Source of the DNA: Bacteroidales bacterium
GTDB lineage: Bacteria > Bacteroidota > Bacteroidia > Bacteroidales > JAADJA01
Direction of reading: 5' to 3'
Assembly: GCA_016933115.1 (NCBI GenBank)
Contig: JAFGBL010000090.1
Location: 1,277 to 65,276 of the forward strand
DNA length: 64,000 nt
Numbering within the stretch: position 1 is the stretch's first letter; every line of letters starts with the position of its first letter. A program made the position numbers and the translations under genes. Below are positions 1 to 9,194 of this stretch, piece by piece. Under the pieces are notes generated by a model that did not search any database, was not told the DNA's origin, and saw only the letters and a list, made by a program, of their open reading frames with translations.

Positions 1-2833
1 CATCAGGATCGACTGTTAAATTATTTAATACCAAAACATCTCCGTTTGTGGTAAGTGGATTGGAAGTTTTGGCAACTTCCAGGTTATAAAAAGTTTCTTC
101 CCCGCTAAGTGGTGATGAATAACTTAACTGCACATCATCGATATACCAGGCGTTTATAGTTCTGATATTTCCGTTAATTGTAAATGCAATATAATAATTA
201 GCTACTCCAATGCCTTGTGAAGAATTTAAGGTTAAATTCACCGTTTCCCCTAAATCAGCAGATGGATTCACGATCGACCAGCCGGGAATATTCGTCCATA
301 ATGAACCGTTCGTGCTATATTGTGCAGTCAGGGTATAACTAGAGCCAGTTCTTCTGTCAACATAATGTTTAAATGATAAGTTAACCGAATTGAGTCCAGT
401 AGTATTTACAGGATCATAGTACATCCTCCGGATTGTTGTCAAATTAGTTCCGTTTCTAGTAAATTTCGCTTCAGGTGATGTTCCGTTAGCATATGAAGAA
501 TTGACCTGGCTAAAAAGGCCGGCGGCACTTTGGGTTGTACTTAAATTCCCGTTCCAGTTGCCATACCATGTGCTTAAGTCATCATCAATCAAATAGGTAG
601 TTACACTTCCCGACGGAACATTAATCATCCCTGCCGTTGTCCCGTTAAAAATTACCGAACCGGTTCCCGGGTTGAATGTCCCGTTGTTGGTCCAGTCACC
701 GCCGATATAAATGGTAGCACCTGCATCACAGTAAAGCTGGCTTCCGGTGTTTATCGTCAGATCGCCGGTAACCGTAAGTTGTGCTACAGAAGACATGGAA
801 ATATTGCCGCAATCGGTTCCGATTGTTAAATCTCCTGTTTTTACAGGCCAGTTGATAGCAGCAGGAGTGATGGAAACATTATCGGTGGAGCCGGGTGTGA
901 GATGATTTTGCCAGTTGGTGTTCGTGTTCCAGTTGGTGGAAGTTGTTCCTGTCCATAATCCGGGCTGTCCCATGTGGATGTATGCGGTCTTTGTTTCCGT
1001 ATCATTACCGTATGCGTTCTGAACATAAAGTGATACCGTGTAGGCACCGGGATTATTAAATCGCACGGAAGGATTTTGTGAGGTACTTGAGCCACTTACA
1101 TAGGTTACTGTCGAAGGATTAAATGTCCACAACCATGAAGTCGGACTATGTGTTGAATTATCAGTAAAATTAACTGTGACCATCGAACTGGCCGGCATCG
1201 TATTACTCGCTGAAAAATCTGCAACAGGTGGGCTGGATGGGCTGGAAAACTGAAAACTGGCAATTTTTGTTTGCCGGCTACCACCATATTGCGATGTAAA
1301 CCAAAAAGTATGGTCATCATCCGGATCGACAGAAATATTGGAATAATCGCCCCATCTCTCATAGGAGGTCTGGGAATTGGTTCCAGCTTGAATAACTGAT
1401 TCTGCAATATCCAATGTCGACAAGCCGGAAGCCGAATTATAAACCGAAGCTGATTGGCCGCAATACCGGATACTAGGATAAACTGAAGTACTCGAAATAG
1501 AATATCCCAAACCAAGCTCGTAACTTCCATTTAGTGCAATACTAGCCATCCATCTGGAATTGGCGTCAGGGGCATATGTTCCGTATTGCCTAACCGACCA
1601 GGTCCCTGTTGTCCTCCTCAATTCATACCAGCGTATCCCGGCATGGTCAGTAGCATCAACATCAACCGTATGACAACATACGATGGTTTCATAGGTGCCA
1701 AAATTCCTGTACTGCGGCCTTTGCATCAGCACCATCGGAATGGCATCCAGTTCCATAGAAGTACCGGGTTGTCTAATATTATACCAGTTGGTGCCAAAGT
1801 TACTGTCGAAAGCTGCCACGCTTATTTGTTGTATCCTGTTAAAAGTGGAGGATGTAGGACTTGACCAGTTAACTGCAAGCTCGTAAATCCATAATTGATC
1901 GGCTCCGCCACCAATGGCATCATCATTCATTGTGATAAAAAGGCCTGGTGAACCTGAAGGGGCAAAAGCGCCATCATTGTCGGCAGGAGGAACACAATGA
2001 AATCCATCAATGGTTGTAGGTCGCCAGGGATTATTAAATTGTACCATTTGAGGGCTGGAACCGCCGGTCAACATGACACTTCGCTCAAAAACATAAATAT
2101 CATCTCCAGAGTAGGTATTAGTTCCCATGTAATAACCGTCACGCCAAATCCCAAACTTCATGTAATCGGGAAAACCGTTCATTACGAATGACCACCTGTA
2201 CCAGGTACCGGTTGGGTCGTTGGTAGTTGAAACTGCTATCAGCATATAATCTGGATTTGATGATATACCAGAAAATTCGGCTGCAAACCAGCGATCTGCC
2301 TGTTCATCGTACAAAACGATCGGATCTCCGTCATTAACACCGGCACCGGGTACACCTGAAAACAGTAAATTCATATTGGTAGGGCCTGCCATTAAAGCAC
2401 CTGTGGTATTATTATAAATGGCATAAACTGTATTAATTGTTTGCATGTAATGATTAGGGCCGATAGTTCCATTGGCATCGGGAGGATAATAAGGTGATGT
2501 TTGTCCACTGAAATTTAATATGGGAGCTTTGGGATTCGGTGTCACACCCATACCTTTTTGCCAGGCTTCATCAGGTCCTTTGGGAAGTGCGGATTCGGCA
2601 AATGGGTATTCCCTGTTCTCCAACTTGGGATTATACTTTTTAACCAAACCTTCCAGAAACATTACCTTCAATTCACCATCGGTTATAACGGGTAAATTCC
2701 TCAATGGGGCAGATTCCCCATAAAATGTACCATATTTGATATCCGTTGGATTAACCGGAACATCCTGTGCAAAAGAAAAGTGCAAACAAAATAATAATGC
2801 ACTACCCAATAAAATTGGTAGAAAATTTTTCAT
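1..2833 (-). CDS. Large secreted multidomain protein, N-terminal ~944 aa only (3' end lies beyond position 1). It has a signal peptide, a propeller-like region, a PKD domain and a MAM/CBM-like beta-sandwich.
   Basis: My own translation of the minus strand from ATG (complement of 2831-2833) is open all the way to position 1. It is missing from the ORF track, probably because no stop lies in the window. The N-terminus MKNFLPILLGSALLFCLHFSFAQD is a signal peptide. A PKD-like stretch reads ADFSASNT..VNFTDNSTHSPTSWLWTFNPS..PGAYTVSLYVQNAYGNDTETK. A WTGTTSTNWNTNTNWQN module also occurs in two other cargo proteins in this window. Confidence 0.75.
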   Translation of the reverse strand, partial: MKNFLPILLGSALLFCLHFSFAQDVPVNPTDIKYGTFYGESAPLRNLPVITDGELKVMFLEGLVKKYNPKLENREYPFAESALPKGPDEAWQKGMGVTPNPKAPILNFSGQTSPYYPPDANGTIGPNHYMQTINTVYAIYNNTTGALMAGPTNMNLLFSGVPGAGVNDGDPIVLYDEQADRWFAAEFSGISSNPDYMLIAVSTTNDPTGTWYRWSFVMNGFPDYMKFGIWRDGYYMGTNTYSGDDIYVFERSVMLTGGSSPQMVQFNNPWRPTTIDGFHCVPPADNDGAFAPSGSPGLFITMNDDAIGGGADQLWIYELAVNWSSPTSSTFNRIQQISVAAFDSNFGTNWYNIRQPGTSMELDAIPMVLMQRPQYRNFGTYETIVCCHTVDVDATDHAGIRWYELRRTTGTWSVRQYGTYAPDANSRWMASIALNGSYELGLGYSISSTSVYPSIRYCGQSASVYNSASGLSTLDIAESVIQAGTNSQTSYERWGDYSNISVDPDDDHTFWFTSQYGGSRQTKIASFQFSSPSSPPVADFSASNTMPASSMVTVNFTDNSTHSPTSWLWTFNPSTVTYVSGSSTSQNPSVRFNNPGAYTVSLYVQNAYGNDTETKTAYIHMGQPGLWTGTTSTNWNTNTNWQNHLTPGSTDNVSITPAAINWPVKTGDLTIGTDCGNISMSSVAQLTVTGDLTINTGSQLYCDAGATIYIGGDWTNNGTFNPGTGSVIFNGTTAGMINVPSGSVTTYLIDDDLSTWYGNWNGNLSTTQSAAGLFSQVNSSYANGTSPEAKFTRNGTNLTTIRRMYYDPVNTTGLNSVNLSFKHYVDRRTGSSYTLTAQYSTNGSLWTNIPGWSIVNPSADLGETVNLTLNSSQGIGVANYYIAFTINGNIRTINAWYIDDVQLSYSSPLSGEETFYNLEVAKTSNPLTTNGDVLVLNNLTVDPD

Positions 2834-2922
2834 AATGGTTAGCTTTAACTTAATAAATTTCAAATGATGAATTTATGACTGATCAACCTAAATGGTAAGG
2901 ACAAATGTAAAAATATTATAAT

Positions 2923-2960
2923 AAAAAATAAAAAATCCCTGCAAAACTTTTCACAGGGAT
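2923..2960 (-). terminator. Rho-independent terminator downstream of the S8 protease gene
   Basis: A 7-bp stem (atccctg 2935-2941 pairs with cagggat 2954-2960) encloses a 12-nt loop. On the minus strand it is followed by a T-rich tract (plus-strand A-rich run 2923-2935, interrupted by one T). It lies 26 nt after the stop at 2986. Confidence 0.6.
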
Positions 2961-2985
2961 TATTGGAAGTATTAAAGAGCCATAA

Positions 2986-5900
2986 CTATTTTATAAACAC
3001 TTTCTCCGTTTTCAACTTATTTTCAGTTTGAACCTGAACCAGGTAATATCCTGTCCCGCTTGTCAGCCGGATAACGGTTTGTCCCGACTTCTCCACCTGC
3101 TTCCTCAGAATTTCTTCTCCCATGATATTGTAAATAACGATTTCTCCCGATCGCATTTCCGGTGTTTGCACATAAACCTGGTCAGCATATGAGTAAATCC
3201 TAATTTTCGGATTATTAACTTCAGTAATATCGTTTGGTGTCCCAAAATGTAAAACAAACCGACCTGGGTCATTTAACGGATCATGAACAAAAACATATTC
3301 TGGATTTTCTTTCAAATTTTGAATGATGTTTTCATTTTTATCTTCTAAGAATAATTCAATCCCATCTTCAAAGCTTTCCATGTTTTTCCCATTTATCGTG
3401 AACAATTCTGGTATTGCACATTCAAATCCGATATTTACGAAGGTATATTTATCGGTTGGTTCAAGTGTATTCACAGAAAGGTTGGCTCCTTGAATGATCG
3501 AATAGATTTGTGGTGCCTCATCCAGTCCGTAAAGCTTGCGAATATCGAAATCCTTATCGTATTCATTGGTAGCTAATTCATCAAATCTTACAAAAATAAC
3601 ATCCTTATATCCATTGCCTCTAACATCCAATTGAACTGTATTTAATAATTCAGTTTCTTTATAATAAGGCTGGGTGCTATGGATACGATCGCTCTGTGGA
3701 ATAGTCAGGTATGGATTTGATCCGGTAGCTTCCACAAAAAAGGCCTGCATAGCCGGGATAACTCCCCCAGTCATGGTTCCAAAATTACCTCCGCCGTAAT
3801 CGTTGCCGGTACCCCAGTATACATAATTGCCATATGTATCCGACCAGGTCCAGATTGAATTGGCTATATTACTTTTTGTCCAGGTGTTTATATTTCCCTG
3901 CAAAGCAGAGGGATATGGATTACTAATCAAATTCAGTCCATGTCCTGATGTATATTCCAGATCATAAAAACCACCTGTCCCCGTTGTATAATTTCCGGTA
4001 TTTAATGTTCCTTCAAATTTTACCACTTCGTCCTGGTGGAAACCCAAGGGGTCTCCTACCCAACATTCATAGCCTTTTCCCTGAACCAATGGAGTTATTA
4101 CAGGAACTATATATGGCCCCCAGGTATTGGTCGATTCGATGTGTGATCTTAAATAAATATCCGAATGTCCTGCTGGCAGATGGAATACTCCTGCATAACC
4201 GGCTTCTATGGGCATGCCTATAAAATGCCACATATAGTCAGTCAAATACCTTTCAACGGTCGCATCAACGCCATTGGTACTATGGATAAGTGATCCCGTT
4301 GCGTCCTCGGCTGTGGATTTGATCACCAGACCACTGATTCCTGAATTGTTCGTTAATGTACCATTTACAGTTAACGTATTATTTGCGGGTACAATTAAGT
4401 GGGCTCCTGACTCAATGGTTAGGTTGTTACATACGGCTCCTGAACCACTGTTGGTTTCAGGGAAATGGCCTCCCATGGGTGACATTGGAACCACCACATT
4501 AATTCCCGATGCCGGAACTAATCCATCACCCCAATTCATGGCAGATTGCCAGTCGGTTTCTGATCCGCTGACACCTCCCATCCATTCTCCTGATGACCCA
4601 ACCGTTACACAAAATGCCACGGATTCCTCGTATCCGAAATCACCTCCGGTTCCATAAACTTCTGATGTTGATAAATTTGTAACTGTATAATAACCACTTC
4701 CATATGAACAGCATATTCCATCACCATATGCATCATAAATAGTAAAAGTATAACAACCGTGACTCAAACATATGGTTTCTGAATAAAGTGTATTATTGCC
4801 ATACGGACCTCCTGATAACAATACAGTACTTGTTTCATCATCAACCAATTCCCAGGTTGTTTCCGAACCATAATTGTCCGTTAATATATCAATTTCCACT
4901 GTTTCGCAAAGTGTTGCTGTTGTTGTAAAATCCCAGGTTGCACAACCGGTTGCTGAACCATAAGAATTAAAAGGAACTACCTTCCAGAAATATGTTGTGT
5001 TGAGGTCCAAACTGGCAGCTGGCGTATAGGTGGTTGTATTTCCCTGGTTTGTACCATTTACGATATTTGTTGGTGGGTTATCAGTCCCGAAATACAGGTA
5101 ATACCCAGTAGCACCCGAAGCCGCATTCCACTCTAAATTTGTCGTTATTCCAACACTTGTTGCACCATCAGTTGGTGTTACAGGTGTGGTGCATGATGGA
5201 GCAACTCCTGATTGAATGCCTGTAATATTAACATCATCAACAGCCCAGTAATATCCCCAGGTTCCTGTATAATTCCATTTAAATTTCACATTCGACTGAC
5301 CTGCAACGGCTGCAACAATTTGATTGAATGCAGCAGGATTAGCTGTAGTTGCAGTCCATGATTGAATTATTGTCCAGGATGATCCTCCATTAATACTGTA
5401 AGAAAAAGTTGCTGTTGAAGGTGAATACCATCTAAAATAATGACTGAAGGATATATTAATAGAGGTGTATCCCGAAAAATCAAACAAGGGTGAAACCAAA
5501 TCAGAATTTTGAGAATTTCCGGAACCATAAGCATCGCTGTTTAAATATGCATAAGGCCCAGTAAGTGCAGGATTGGGGGAATATCCCGAAATTGTACCGA
5601 TTTGCCAAACCTGCCCATTTCCCTGATTATCGATAATATCCCAGCATGTCGGTAAAAATCCTGCACCAAAGTTCTCACTAAACGGTAATGTTGAAATTGC
5701 ATCACAAAAAGTGGTAGCATCTGCATTTTTCCCACTTGAATATTCGTTGCTTGAGTTGTAGGAGAACGCCCTATAGTAATAAGTTGTTGCGGGATTCAAA
5801 CTGCTGTGATTATATGCAGTATTGCTTCCTCTATATAATACTGTTCCGCCTCCCGGAATTGTCTGGCCGGCACTATAAACAGTGCCATCTGTAGGTGTGC

Positions 5901-7542
5901 CAAAAGTTCCGGATGATGACCAAACTACCATCACATTGTTGTTGCTAACATTTTTTGTCCAGGCAAGGTTGATTTGGCTTGTGCTTACGGCTGTAGCTGT
6001 AAAAGTTTGCGGATTGAGAACTCCTGAAATATAGTTCTGTGTTTCAAGCAATGCTTGATATGCGTTTATTCTTCCAGAGCCAAGCTGCCCTGCATAACTA
6101 GGATTTAATGCATCGATATCATCGGTTGTATTGATCAAAATATCAGCAACATCTGCAGCAGATAGTGATCCATACGCCAATGAAATGATAAGCGCAGCTA
6201 CACCAGATGTATGAGGACAGGCCATTGATGTGCCCTGCAAGTAATTATAAGAACTTCCTGTATATGTACTATATACACCTCTTGCTGTTACTGAGTTTGT
6301 TTCTCCACCTGGAGCTGAAACATCTACCCATGTTCCATAATTTGAATAGTATGATCGAATATCCTGATTATTTGTTGCAGCTACTGCCAAAGTACCTGAA
6401 TAATAACCTGGATAATAATTACCATTGGAATTACTATTACCAGCAGCATATATCGTTATTCCACCATCTAAAGCACTTCCACCACCATTTAAATTAAAAT
6501 AATCGATGGCATCCAAAACCGGTTCATCATATACGTTTGGGGAAGTATAGCCCCAACTGTTCTGTGAGATACAGGCTCCATTATCCGCAGCATAAATAGG
6601 GGCCAACTCAAAACCTCCACCAGAGCCGCTTGAGGAAAATACCTGACAAGACATTAACCGTACACCATCATTGGAGCCAGAACCTCCGGCTACACCCGAT
6701 ACCCCAACTCCGTTATTACTTTCCGCAGCAACCGTACCAGCAACGTGAGTTCCATGATAACCAGGCTCAATTGTTGCATCGTCATTGTAAAAATCATAAC
6801 CCAGACCTGACCACATATTTCCGGATAGGTCAGGATGGTCGTACTGAACACCCATATCTTCAATACATACAACAACATTTGAATTACCGGGTTCAATATC
6901 CCAGGCTTCGGGAAGGTCAATATCGGCATCAGGTGTTCCGCTTTGCTGTCCGGTATTGTTATAATGCCATTGCACACCATAAGAAGGATCATTTGGTGTC
7001 CAGTCAATCAGCGGTCCTCCCGTTTCTTTTTTCTTTTCATCACCATCAGAAAGTTCAAGTTCAGATATAACCAGTTGTTTTTTATATTCCGGCTCGGCAA
7101 CAGTCACTTCAGAAAGCTGGGAATATGCTTTTACAATTTCTTTTATATCTGCCTTTTCATCAAAATAAAGTTTATACCATAGATGGAATCCCCAAGCCAT
7201 ATGCCTTTCTTCAAATTCACCGGAAAAAGCTTTCGAGTCGAATAATCTTTTGAATTTTGTTGCACCGAAACGATTGTTCAGTTCGTCAATCTTCTCAATA
7301 TTGAAACGCACGTGTCCATCAGCATCTATCAAAACCGGCTGATCATCCAGTTGTTTAGTAAGAGCTTCATTCAATTTGATTTTAACAATGTCCTTTTCAT
7401 AGGCATCCTCAGGCACATTTTGTAAATCAATCGGAGGCCTTTCTCCTCTTTTTACAACATATTGTTTTTGGGCATTACTTTCGATAAAAAGTAACCAGAA
7501 AAAAATAAGATAAAATGCAATGTAAAGATTTTTCATGATCAT
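2986..7542 (-). CDS. Subtilisin-like serine protease (peptidase S8) with a long C-terminal extension and a T9SS type-A sorting domain
   Basis: The catalytic triad contexts are CIEDMGVQYDHPDL (Asp), HGTHVAGTVAA (His) and GTSMACPHTSGVAALI (Ser). The N-terminus is a signal peptide (MKNLYIAFYLIFFWLLFIESNAQ). Fn3-like and MAM/CBM-like segments follow the protease. The C-terminus ...GEIVIYNIMGEEILRKQ..GYYLVQVQTENKLKTEKVFIK is typical of a T9SS CTD. Confidence 0.9.
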   Translation of the reverse strand: MIMKNLYIAFYLIFFWLLFIESNAQKQYVVKRGERPPIDLQNVPEDAYEKDIVKIKLNEALTKQLDDQPVLIDADGHVRFNIEKIDELNNRFGATKFKRLFDSKAFSGEFEERHMAWGFHLWYKLYFDEKADIKEIVKAYSQLSEVTVAEPEYKKQLVISELELSDGDEKKKETGGPLIDWTPNDPSYGVQWHYNNTGQQSGTPDADIDLPEAWDIEPGNSNVVVCIEDMGVQYDHPDLSGNMWSGLGYDFYNDDATIEPGYHGTHVAGTVAAESNNGVGVSGVAGGSGSNDGVRLMSCQVFSSSGSGGGFELAPIYAADNGACISQNSWGYTSPNVYDEPVLDAIDYFNLNGGGSALDGGITIYAAGNSNSNGNYYPGYYSGTLAVAATNNQDIRSYYSNYGTWVDVSAPGGETNSVTARGVYSTYTGSSYNYLQGTSMACPHTSGVAALIISLAYGSLSAADVADILINTTDDIDALNPSYAGQLGSGRINAYQALLETQNYISGVLNPQTFTATAVSTSQINLAWTKNVSNNNVMVVWSSSGTFGTPTDGTVYSAGQTIPGGGTVLYRGSNTAYNHSSLNPATTYYYRAFSYNSSNEYSSGKNADATTFCDAISTLPFSENFGAGFLPTCWDIIDNQGNGQVWQIGTISGYSPNPALTGPYAYLNSDAYGSGNSQNSDLVSPLFDFSGYTSINISFSHYFRWYSPSTATFSYSINGGSSWTIIQSWTATTANPAAFNQIVAAVAGQSNVKFKWNYTGTWGYYWAVDDVNITGIQSGVAPSCTTPVTPTDGATSVGITTNLEWNAASGATGYYLYFGTDNPPTNIVNGTNQGNTTTYTPAASLDLNTTYFWKVVPFNSYGSATGCATWDFTTTATLCETVEIDILTDNYGSETTWELVDDETSTVLLSGGPYGNNTLYSETICLSHGCYTFTIYDAYGDGICCSYGSGYYTVTNLSTSEVYGTGGDFGYEESVAFCVTVGSSGEWMGGVSGSETDWQSAMNWGDGLVPASGINVVVPMSPMGGHFPETNSGSGAVCNNLTIESGAHLIVPANNTLTVNGTLTNNSGISGLVIKSTAEDATGSLIHSTNGVDATVERYLTDYMWHFIGMPIEAGYAGVFHLPAGHSDIYLRSHIESTNTWGPYIVPVITPLVQGKGYECWVGDPLGFHQDEVVKFEGTLNTGNYTTGTGGFYDLEYTSGHGLNLISNPYPSALQGNINTWTKSNIANSIWTWSDTYGNYVYWGTGNDYGGGNFGTMTGGVIPAMQAFFVEATGSNPYLTIPQSDRIHSTQPYYKETELLNTVQLDVRGNGYKDVIFVRFDELATNEYDKDFDIRKLYGLDEAPQIYSIIQGANLSVNTLEPTDKYTFVNIGFECAIPELFTINGKNMESFEDGIELFLEDKNENIIQNLKENPEYVFVHDPLNDPGRFVLHFGTPNDITEVNNPKIRIYSYADQVYVQTPEMRSGEIVIYNIMGEEILRKQVEKSGQTVIRLTSGTGYYLVQVQTENKLKTEKVFIK

Positions 7543-7605
7543 TCCTATTTAGTTATTTTTATTTCAAAATGGTAGGCGAAACTGGTCAACCTGATTTCAC
7601 GGTTA

Positions 7606-7613
7606 CAAATATA
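7606..7613 (-). promoter_or_regulatory. Candidate Bacteroidota -7 promoter box (TATATTTG on the minus strand) for the S8 protease gene
   Basis: Exact match to TAnnTTTG, 64 nt upstream of the ATG at 7542, in an AT-rich divergent intergenic region. Confidence 0.4.
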
Positions 7614-7805
7614 TTAAAATTTAGAGGCAAGCATAAAATTGACCGCAATTTAAAATGGTTATAAATAAATGTTGGAAGATTTTGTAATTTACGCATTTAA
7701 TCCATTTGAAAATCCTTAAATAAATTTTATTCTGTAAATTTTCATTCCATATTCTGCAAAAAACATTTTTCTACCTTTACCGCCTGAATTTAATTTTTGA
7801 GTTTC

Positions 7806-9026
7806 ATGAAAAAATCAATCGCAATCATAGCCGGTGGAGGACCGGCACCAGGTATAAATACAGTGATTTCATCGGTTGCCAAGGTATTTTTGAAAGAAGG
7901 TTACCGGGTGATCGGTATCCACGATGGCTATAAGGGTTTGTTTGCCTTTAAGCCCAATACCATTGAATTTGATTTTGCCATTTGCGACAAAATCATGAAC
8001 CAGGGAGGCTCCCTGTTGATGATGAGCCGGCATAAGCCCAAAGACAAGGAATTCAGAACCGATTTCTTCGTGAATAACAATGTAAAATTACTGGTGACCA
8101 TCGGAGGGGACGATACGGCCTCCACCGCCAACCGCATTTCAAAATACCTGGCCGATAACAATATCAGCATTCAAAATATACATGTTCCCAAAACCATTGA
8201 CAATGACCTGCCTCTTCCCGAAGGTTCACCTACATTTGGCTATCAAACGGCCAAGGAAACAGGGGTGAACATTGCAGCAACCGTTTATGAGGATGCACGT
8301 ACCAGCGGCAACTGGTTTGTGGTATCGGCCATGGGGCGGGAGGCGGGACACCTGGCTTTCGGCATTGGGGCTGCCTGTCATTATCCAATGATCGTCATTC
8401 CGGAAATGTTTAACGAGGTGCGGGTTTCATTCGAACGGATCATCAACCTGATTATCTCATCCATTTTGAAAAGGAAAATTTTGGGAATTAATTACGGCGC
8501 TGCCATCATCAGCGAAGGGGTTTTCCATTTTATGACCAATTCCGAAATTGAAGCCACCGATATCAATTTCACCTACGACGACCACGGGCATCCTGAACTG
8601 GGGAATGTAAGCAAGGCTCACATTTTCAATATGCTGTTACAGCGCAGGCTCAAGGAATTAAAGATCAATGTTAAAAGCCGGCCGGTTGAACTGGGCTATG
8701 AATTGCGTTGTGTTACTCCCAATGCTTTTGATCTGCTTTATTGTTCACTGCTTGGTATTGGTGTAAAAAGCCTGTTCGATCTGGGAAAAACAGGATGCAT
8801 GGTTACATCCGATCCCAAGGGAGATATAGCACCATTGTATCTGAAAGATGTGGAGGATGAAAACGGTAAGGTCAGGCCCAGGATGGTGGATGTTGCGAGC
8901 CAGAAAGCCCAAATGGTTTTCCGCCATAACCTTCATTACATCCGTGAAGCCGATTATGACGAAGCCCGACAGTTTGTCGATAATCCGGAAACATATGATT
9001 TTTTGAAGATTCTAGGCTGGCATTGA
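7806..9026 (+). CDS. pfp: 6-phosphofructokinase, probably the pyrophosphate-dependent type (diphosphate--fructose-6-phosphate 1-phosphotransferase)
   Basis: PFK family motifs are present: IAIIAGGGPAPGIN, TIGGDDTAS and PKTIDNDL. The track ORF starts at TTG 7797 and the first ATG is at 7806. Asp in GGDD and Lys in PKTIDND are the residues associated with PPi rather than ATP use. Confidence 0.85.
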   Translation: MKKSIAIIAGGGPAPGINTVISSVAKVFLKEGYRVIGIHDGYKGLFAFKPNTIEFDFAICDKIMNQGGSLLMMSRHKPKDKEFRTDFFVNNNVKLLVTIGGDDTASTANRISKYLADNNISIQNIHVPKTIDNDLPLPEGSPTFGYQTAKETGVNIAATVYEDARTSGNWFVVSAMGREAGHLAFGIGAACHYPMIVIPEMFNEVRVSFERIINLIISSILKRKILGINYGAAIISEGVFHFMTNSEIEATDINFTYDDHGHPELGNVSKAHIFNMLLQRRLKELKINVKSRPVELGYELRCVTPNAFDLLYCSLLGIGVKSLFDLGKTGCMVTSDPKGDIAPLYLKDVEDENGKVRPRMVDVASQKAQMVFRHNLHYIREADYDEARQFVDNPETYDFLKILGWH

Positions 9027-9194
9027 AGCTGACGGCAGCACATTGATGCAATTCGGTATTTCACCTTCTTCAAACCATCGCCGACTTAGCTTTTAATCAT
9101 CATTCTGCTTTTTATTATTATTTTTGATTCTTAATTGAAAGGCTTAATTTCGTGGGCTTTTATTACGAAATTTTAAATATTCTTTTCTTCGTCT

